Of a stretch of 64,000 bases of DNA, positions 58,031 through 64,000 are shown piece by piece. Where the stretch lies: the IMG/VR virus record IMGVR_UViG_3300028048_000040, positions 160,001 to 224,000 of that record. One strand, written 5' to 3'. The notes below the pieces were generated by a model. The model ran no database searches. It saw nothing but the letters and a program-made list of their open reading frames with translations, and was not told where the DNA came from. The translations under genes were made by a program, and so were the position numbers. The first letter of the stretch is position 1; the number at the start of each line of letters is the position of its first letter. The DNA is from a virus. Lineage: Duplodnaviria > Caudoviricetes.

Positions 58031-58333
58031 ATGATAATTGGAAAAGATTCAGAAGAAATGAAATTACTAGGAGAAAGATTAGATAATATCCTAGATAGAG
58101 CTAATACTATCTATTGGATAAACTCTAAGAAGTATAAACATGAAAAGGATATACTCAATACTATAAGATATAATCTAGTAGTATCAAATATGGATTATAG
58201 AGTAGACTCTATTTTTGATATGACTAAACCTAAAGAGCTATATGATAATTGTATTAAATCTCTAAATTGTATTATAGAAGATGCTATGCAAGATAGAAGA
58301 AGAGAAATAATACTAAAAAGAAATACTATCTAA
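58031..58333 (+). CDS. Hypothetical early protein
   Basis: Promoter 57986, GAGGAG RBS. Confidence 0.7.
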   Translation: MIIGKDSEEMKLLGERLDNILDRANTIYWINSKKYKHEKDILNTIRYNLVVSNMDYRVDSIFDMTKPKELYDNCIKSLNCIIEDAMQDRRREIILKRNTI

Positions 58334-58349
58334 TAGGAGGATAATGTAA

Positions 58350-58619
58350 ATGGATAATACTAGAAAAGAAAAATTATTAAATCTAAAAAAGATGAATAAG
58401 GAGATATTTAGAGATATAATAAAAGCTTGTTTAAAAATAAACAATGAAATATCTACTCTCAAAAAAGATGCTAAAGAAAACAACTCTAACCCAGATAATC
58501 CTATATTCAAAATAGAAGAAGATAAATTAATGGAAAGATATTATAGTCTGATAGGATTATTATTTATGATGGATAATTGTATAGATTATCAGTTAAAGGA
58601 AGGAGATAAAGATGAGTGA
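58350..58619 (+). CDS. Hypothetical protein
   Basis: AGGAGG RBS. Confidence 0.7.
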   Translation: MDNTRKEKLLNLKKMNKEIFRDIIKACLKINNEISTLKKDAKENNSNPDNPIFKIEEDKLMERYYSLIGLLFMMDNCIDYQLKEGDKDE

Positions 58620-58893
58620 TAAGATTATCAACTTCAATAAGAGATTAGAAAAGAAACAAAAAGGAATGACTAGAGAAGAAGCTATAGAGTTATTAGATTC
58701 TCTATATGAAGCATCTGATACTATATTCAATGGATTAGATAAACTAACAGAATATATTAGAGAAGATATAGGAAATGAAGAATTTAAGAACTCTAGTAGA
58801 TTGGTAGGTGTAAAACAGTTTATTCTTCTCAATGGTCTTCAAACTAATAATGTATTGAATACTATATCTGAGTATATTAAAGGATATAATTAA
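58612..58893 (+). CDS. Hypothetical protein
   Basis: AAGGAG RBS; terminator ~58899-58934. Confidence 0.7.
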   Translation: MSDKIINFNKRLEKKQKGMTREEAIELLDSLYEASDTIFNGLDKLTEYIREDIGNEEFKNSSRLVGVKQFILLNGLQTNNVLNTISEYIKGYN

Positions 58894-59077
58894 TAGAATT
58901 AGAGTAGAGGAATATCCTCTACTCTCTATTTTTTGCAAAGTAAAAATTTTTTCAATTATATACCATTCCTATGAGTATGAGTCTGAGGAAGGAATAGACA
59001 AATTAAATTTTTGAAGAGCATTCAAAATTTTAGTTATATACTATTCTATTGAGTGGTAGGAAGGAGGAATAGTTAAA

Positions 59078-59257
59078 ATGAACAAAGAAACTATTTTGTA
59101 TACCTTAGAAAGGGATCTAAATATCATGATGACAGATATCTGTTCTGGTAAGAAAGAGATAGCTAATAAAGATGCTATATTCAATATAGAATTATTAGAG
59201 CAGAATATAGAAAATTCTTTATCAGTTATCAAAGCTATACTTGATAAAGAGTTATAA
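59078..59257 (+). CDS. 59-aa hypothetical protein MNKETILYTL...
   Basis: AGGAGG RBS, promoter 59035; missed by the ORF track. Confidence 0.65.
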   Translation: MNKETILYTLERDLNIMMTDICSGKKEIANKDAIFNIELLEQNIENSLSVIKAILDKEL

Positions 59258-59287
59258 TGATGAGATAATTATCTAGGAGGTTTTATT

Positions 59288-59800
59288 ATGCTGAATATTT
59301 TTACTGATGCAAACACTGAGAAGATTGGTTTTATTGTTTATGAAGGAAAGGAAGAGTTATACAGAAACAAAGATTACGCTTCAAATAAAGTTGCGGCAAT
59401 CAATGAATTAGAGGCTATAAAGTTTGCTCTTAAATATACTTCTAAGAATCATTTATATGAAGATATCTATCTATTTACAGATAATACTAATGCTAAGAAG
59501 ATGGTAGATACCATTGTCTATGATCATTGCACTGTACCAGATTCTGATAGATTAGATAGGAATGACGTATTAGGTCTTTTAAAAAAGATAAAGAAGTATA
59601 TTGAAAAGTTAGGAGATATAGACATTATCTATTCTCCTGCTCATTGTGAAACAAATAAGGAGGTAAAGAAGAAGTTTAAGAAATTCAATTCTGAATTTAC
59701 GATTAATAACTACGAAGATCTTAAGAAACGTAAAAGAAAGAAGTTTATTAAGAGAATGAGAATACGCAATGCTGAAGTAGATGAATATATTAAGGAGTAA
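59288..59800 (+). CDS. Second RNase H-like protein
   Basis: IFTDA, NELEAI, LFTDN, PAH, NAEVD. Confidence 0.7.
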   Translation: MLNIFTDANTEKIGFIVYEGKEELYRNKDYASNKVAAINELEAIKFALKYTSKNHLYEDIYLFTDNTNAKKMVDTIVYDHCTVPDSDRLDRNDVLGLLKKIKKYIEKLGDIDIIYSPAHCETNKEVKKKFKKFNSEFTINNYEDLKKRKRKKFIKRMRIRNAEVDEYIKE

Positions 59801-59806
59801 TAAACA

Positions 59807-59989
59807 ATGGTTGATTTCAAGATCTACTCTAAAGAAGAATTAGAAAAGATGAGCAAAGAAGAAATGACTCAGATGATACTAGAGTTTCAAACTAAAGTAT
59901 TATCTGAATCCATTTATGATGGTAAGAAAGCCAGATTGAATACAAGTCTAAATATTCAAATGGAAGATTATAAAATCTTATCTTTCTAA
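59807..59989 (+). CDS. Hypothetical protein
   Basis: AAGGAG RBS. Confidence 0.65.
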   Translation: MVDFKIYSKEELEKMSKEEMTQMILEFQTKVLSESIYDGKKARLNTSLNIQMEDYKILSF

Positions 59990-60151
59990 TATAAGAAAAA
60001 TAGAATAGAGATCAATCTCTATTTTATTTTTACAAAGTAAAAAATTTTTTAGTTATATACTATTCTATTGAGTGTGAGTGTGAGAGAGGTATACTCTCTA
60101 CACTTCATATTCATATATCTAATTTATTTTCTACTAAAGGAGTTTTGTTAC

Positions 60152-60682
60152 ATGACAAAAGAACAAAAACTGTTGAATCAGATGGTTAAGGTCACTAACA
60201 AGTATTGTGACCTTTTAGAGGAATTCCATAAGACTATGGATGAGAGAAACTACGAGTATACTGAAGAACAGTTAGAGAAGTTAGAGTCTCTTAGAGATCA
60301 TACTGATACCATCTATGATAATATGAGTGTTATCAAAGACCATCAGGATGTTATAGTCAAGACTCTTGAAGATATCAAGACTGCTATTGGCTATGAAGAA
60401 GAGAAATCCTATCTGTACATTGTTGATAGATACGATGGAGATAGTGAAATGTCTAATATGGTTAAAGACCGTAAACTTTGTAGAGCTTTGGAAATGAAGT
60501 TTGAGAAAGACGGAATCAATGTTGTTGTATCTACTGCTCATATGCTTGAAGAGGCAGAAAAGATTATTTTGGAAAAAAGTGATAAAAAAGATGAAGGTTA
60601 TTCCTTGTATAAATCTTTGATTAATGATAGAGAACAAAAACACATTACCCATGACCAGTTGGTAGAGATGGTTAAAGAGTAA
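60152..60682 (+). CDS. Hypothetical early protein
   Basis: AAGGAG RBS before ATG 60152. Confidence 0.7.
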   Translation: MTKEQKLLNQMVKVTNKYCDLLEEFHKTMDERNYEYTEEQLEKLESLRDHTDTIYDNMSVIKDHQDVIVKTLEDIKTAIGYEEEKSYLYIVDRYDGDSEMSNMVKDRKLCRALEMKFEKDGINVVVSTAHMLEEAEKIILEKSDKKDEGYSLYKSLINDREQKHITHDQLVEMVKE

Positions 60683-60926
60683 ACTAAAAAATAAAGATAT
60701 ACTATTTATATGAGGTAGAATGAGAGAGGTATAGCTGTAAAGCTATACCTTTATCTTTTCTCTATCATAATATATTTGTTTTTTATTAGGAGATGAGAAT
60801 ATGAATAGAACTAGAGATGAACCAAAATTTGGCGCGTAACTTTGCGCGCCAACTGTTCCTGTGCAATGATACACATGGATTTAAGATTTATAGGTTAATT
60901 AGATAGACAATTTGGAGGAATTAACT

Positions 60927-61049
60927 ATGATAGACTTAAATAAAGTTAAATTTATTACTACTAAAGATGGTATAAGAGGAGCTATAAATATTGAGAAAGA
61001 TAATTTCACGGCCCACTCGTGGGCCGTGGTTTATATTCATAAAATATGA
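60927..61049 (+). pseudogene. Truncated 40-aa Bro-N paralog containing a palindrome
   Basis: MIDLNKVKFITT matches MIDLSKVRFTT (61113); GIRGA...YIH matches the 56819 ORF. Confidence 0.6.
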
Positions 61050-61112
61050 ATGTGCTATGATGTTTAGTTTAAATAAGAATTATATATTTATATAATATTG
61101 GAGGAATTAACA

Positions 61113-62459
61113 ATGATAGACTTAAGTAAAGTCAGATTTACAACAATAAATGATCAGAATGATATAATGTGCGCAGGAATAATTAATGGGAACAATATCC
61201 CATTAATTTATATACACAGATATAGTGCAGCACATATACTTGGATTATATGGTGATAATGGTTCAAATTGTATTAAAGTTTATTGGGATCATATGGTAGA
61301 TGGATATAATAAGGTATGTAATCTTGTGGAAGATCCAGGATTTTCTACTCAAGAAAATAAACCATCTTCTAAATCTCGCCCATCTCAATATGAACTTCAA
61401 CTTCCTGAATACATTAGAAAGGAGGTTATATATAAGATGGCATTTAATTTAGATAATGAAGTAGCTAAAAAGTATATTGATGATATTGTAGACAAAGTAA
61501 TTCCATTCTTTACTCAGAATGCTTCTCCAGAAGAAATAGCTAATGTAGCTATAGTAGGAGATATTAATAAGGTAGATAAACATTTTCAATATACTTATCC
61601 TACAGAATTTACAATTTCTTCAACAAGAAAAGAAGTTTTAGATTTGTTGAGTAATAAAGTAGCTAATCTTTGTAATTTGCTTATTAAGTTAAGTAAATCA
61701 GATCAATTTGAACCAAATATTACAAGTGCTAATGTTAAAGCATGGATTAAGTTACAATTGGATAATTATCTGTATAATACATATGGTATGAATTTACCAT
61801 ATTTCTGTGCTTTATCTATAGCCCCAAATCAACCGACACATATATCAGAAGGTATGATTGATGACGTTATATACCATAATGATTTACTGTATAAATTATC
61901 TAGTGATTTTCTGAATGAATATATAATTAATTTAGATAGACAAAGATTAGTCTATCTAAATACTTCTGGTACTTATGGATATAAAGGATTTATAACAATT
62001 AAACATGCATGGAATTATAATTATAAACCACAAAGTGCTTCTTATAGAATTGATTTATCTGGTGATCTTAATACTATGCATAGAATAGGAAGTAATTATA
62101 AATCTATTACAGTTAAAGAGAAAGATCTTTTGGTAAATTATATAAATAATATAAAACTTTACTCAGAATATTCTCTTCCAAATTATGATGCGATAATGGA
62201 AAGCTTAGGTGTAGAAAAAATAAGCAAACCAATGATAGGCTGTAATTCTTGTATAGAAGAATATGATGTACCAATTATCTCAACACCAGAATTTAAAATT
62301 CAATTTGATATCAATAATTCTAATGTAGTATTTGGAGATAGTCCAGTAGAATTTATCACTAATTCTTATCCAACTCCTAAATGTGTTTTGGATAGAATTG
62401 ATTCATCTGAAGAATCTAAAATAAATCATAATATTCAAATAACTGATGTTATTAAATAA
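61113..62459 (+). CDS. Bro-N-like protein, paralog of 56819-57442, with a long C-terminal extension
   Basis: IYIHRYSAAHILGL, PSSKSRPS, LPEYI, VIPFFTQNA. Confidence 0.7.
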   Translation: MIDLSKVRFTTINDQNDIMCAGIINGNNIPLIYIHRYSAAHILGLYGDNGSNCIKVYWDHMVDGYNKVCNLVEDPGFSTQENKPSSKSRPSQYELQLPEYIRKEVIYKMAFNLDNEVAKKYIDDIVDKVIPFFTQNASPEEIANVAIVGDINKVDKHFQYTYPTEFTISSTRKEVLDLLSNKVANLCNLLIKLSKSDQFEPNITSANVKAWIKLQLDNYLYNTYGMNLPYFCALSIAPNQPTHISEGMIDDVIYHNDLLYKLSSDFLNEYIINLDRQRLVYLNTSGTYGYKGFITIKHAWNYNYKPQSASYRIDLSGDLNTMHRIGSNYKSITVKEKDLLVNYINNIKLYSEYSLPNYDAIMESLGVEKISKPMIGCNSCIEEYDVPIISTPEFKIQFDINNSNVVFGDSPVEFITNSYPTPKCVLDRIDSSEESKINHNIQITDVIK

Positions 62460-62577
62460 GACCTAATTAGATATCTAATATCAGTAGAGATTATTTCTCT
62501 ACTGATATTTTTTTGAGTAAAAGAAAAAATAGAGATATACTATCTATATGAGGTAGAGTGAGAGAGGAGTATTTAAA

Positions 62578-63141
62578 ATGAACAAAATTTTATGTAAGTA
62601 TATTAAAGATTATATCAAGAGATTAGAACATCAAGTTCTAACCTCTAATGAAAATAATCTTAGACTACACTTTGTATTTTTTCCTAAAGAGATAGAAAGA
62701 TTAAAAATAAAATGGGAATATGCTAAAACTATAGGAAACTATACTACTGATAGAGGATTGATATATTGTAATATGTATTTCAATATTCCTAAGATATCTA
62801 AGTTCTTATCTAGTGCTTATAGAGATAATATAATATTAGAAAAAGAAGTAGTAGATACATTTGTAGAGAGAATATTCTATCATGAATATAGACACTATCA
62901 ACAACTGAAGTATATTAAGACTCTTCATAAACTGATAATGATTCCAGATAAGATGAATGAAGTATTAGAAACAGATGCTGATAATTACGCTATGATGAAG
63001 ATTAAGAATAATCAAGATATATCAATAGAAGTACCAGATAAGATGATAAAGGAGATGAAAGATTGTATAAGAATCTTATATCATAAAAACCTCAATATAA
63101 CGAGTTTAAACGTGTATAAGGGTACAACCATACTGACATAG
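62578..63141 (+). CDS. Zincin-like metallopeptidase
   Basis: FYHEYRHYQQ...ETDADNYA. Confidence 0.65.
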   Translation: MNKILCKYIKDYIKRLEHQVLTSNENNLRLHFVFFPKEIERLKIKWEYAKTIGNYTTDRGLIYCNMYFNIPKISKFLSSAYRDNIILEKEVVDTFVERIFYHEYRHYQQLKYIKTLHKLIMIPDKMNEVLETDADNYAMMKIKNNQDISIEVPDKMIKEMKDCIRILYHKNLNITSLNVYKGTTILT

Positions 63142-63240
63142 TCGTATGAGAACGTTTTTAGCATATAGGGGTATCCAGAAGTTACCGATAGTGGGAAGAT
63201 CTGGAAACATATATATGAAAATTTAATAGGAGGAGAAAAA

Positions 63241-64000
63241 ATGAAAGAGAATATTGAGAATGTCAATATTGAAGTTCAATCTAGAGAGGATATGAAAGCA
63301 TATGCAATCTATGTAGCAAGATGTAGAGCAATACCAGATGCTATAGATGGATTGAAACCAGTAATTAGAAGAATACTATGGTGTGTTGCTCATGACTTTA
63401 GAGGACAAGGTAGTGTTAAGACTGCAGCAGTATTAGGTGAAGTTATTAAGTCATATAATCCACATGGTGATACTTCAGTACATACAGCTATCAGAAATAT
63501 GATTAATGATTTCAGTACTAAGTATCCTACAATGGTTGGTGTAGGTGGTTGGGGAAGTAAAGTTAATCCTAATATAGCAGCAGCACGATATTCTCATTGT
63601 GGTATATCTAAGTTTTCATTAGATGTATTTATGAGAGATATCATGGATGATAGAAGAGCAACAGACTGGATGAATAACTATTCTAATACTAAACAAGAAC
63701 CAGTATATCTTCCAGCTAAGATTCCTACATTACTCATATTAGGTCAGATGGGTATAGGTGTAGGAATGAAATCTTCTATTCCATCTCATAATCTAGGAGA
63801 AGTAATAGATACTACTATAAAATTGATACAAAATCCTAGAGCTAAGTTCTGTTTGATTCCAGATGAGTGTATGCCATGTGAAATCATAGATACAGATTGG
63901 CAAGCTATAAATGATAAAGGAAAAGGGAACTATATTGCTCAAGGAATAGTTGATATAGGGGAATATAACAACCATCCAGCATTATATGTAAGATCTCTTC
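63241..64000 (+). CDS. gyrA: DNA gyrase / type IIA topoisomerase subunit A, runs off the window end
   Basis: Hand translation: RAIPDAIDGLKPVIRRIL, VKTAAVLGEV, YNPHGD, AAARY, EPVYLP, IPSHNLGEV. Confidence 0.95.
   Translation, partial: MKENIENVNIEVQSREDMKAYAIYVARCRAIPDAIDGLKPVIRRILWCVAHDFRGQGSVKTAAVLGEVIKSYNPHGDTSVHTAIRNMINDFSTKYPTMVGVGGWGSKVNPNIAAARYSHCGISKFSLDVFMRDIMDDRRATDWMNNYSNTKQEPVYLPAKIPTLLILGQMGIGVGMKSSIPSHNLGEVIDTTIKLIQNPRAKFCLIPDECMPCEIIDTDWQAINDKGKGNYIAQGIVDIGEYNNHPALYVRSL

Noticed and set aside
1-64000. Stop-codon reassignment
   Set aside because: Conserved genes are intact in code 11, and TAG and TGA end genes normally.

Overview
AT-rich segment of a jumbo phage of the AR9/PBS1-phiKZ type, standard genetic code. 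Strong AGGAGG RBSs and a Bacillota-like HU suggest a Firmicutes host. It encodes fragments of two multisubunit RNA polymerases (beta'-N with DFDGD, beta'-C, and a beta C-terminal piece), baseplate/virion proteins, two RNase H-like proteins, a kinase-like protein, an RNA-repair Pnkp-ligase fusion, a nucleotidyltransferase, a nicotinamidase, HU, zincins, Bro-N proteins and the 5' part of gyrA. Two promoter classes are visible: early TATATA(C/T)TAT and late AC(A/T)-N6-T(A/G). Best novel candidates: (1) a coiled-coil gene (44151-44849) followed by a ~520-nt long-range-paired, pseudoknotted RNA with ~8-nt periodic UAAA repeats, a putative RNP; (2) promoter-to-terminator small-RNA cassettes with no ORF (37940-38447, 50883-51290, 22577, 52685, 57621), two of which are near-perfectly complementary to RBS/start regions of early genes in this window and one of which carries a tRNA T-loop minihelix; (3) CAC-NN-GTG palindromes and MNRxRD mini-ORFs linked to Bro-N genes and the RNAP locus. 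All calls come from reading motifs by eye; no searches or folding programs were run.
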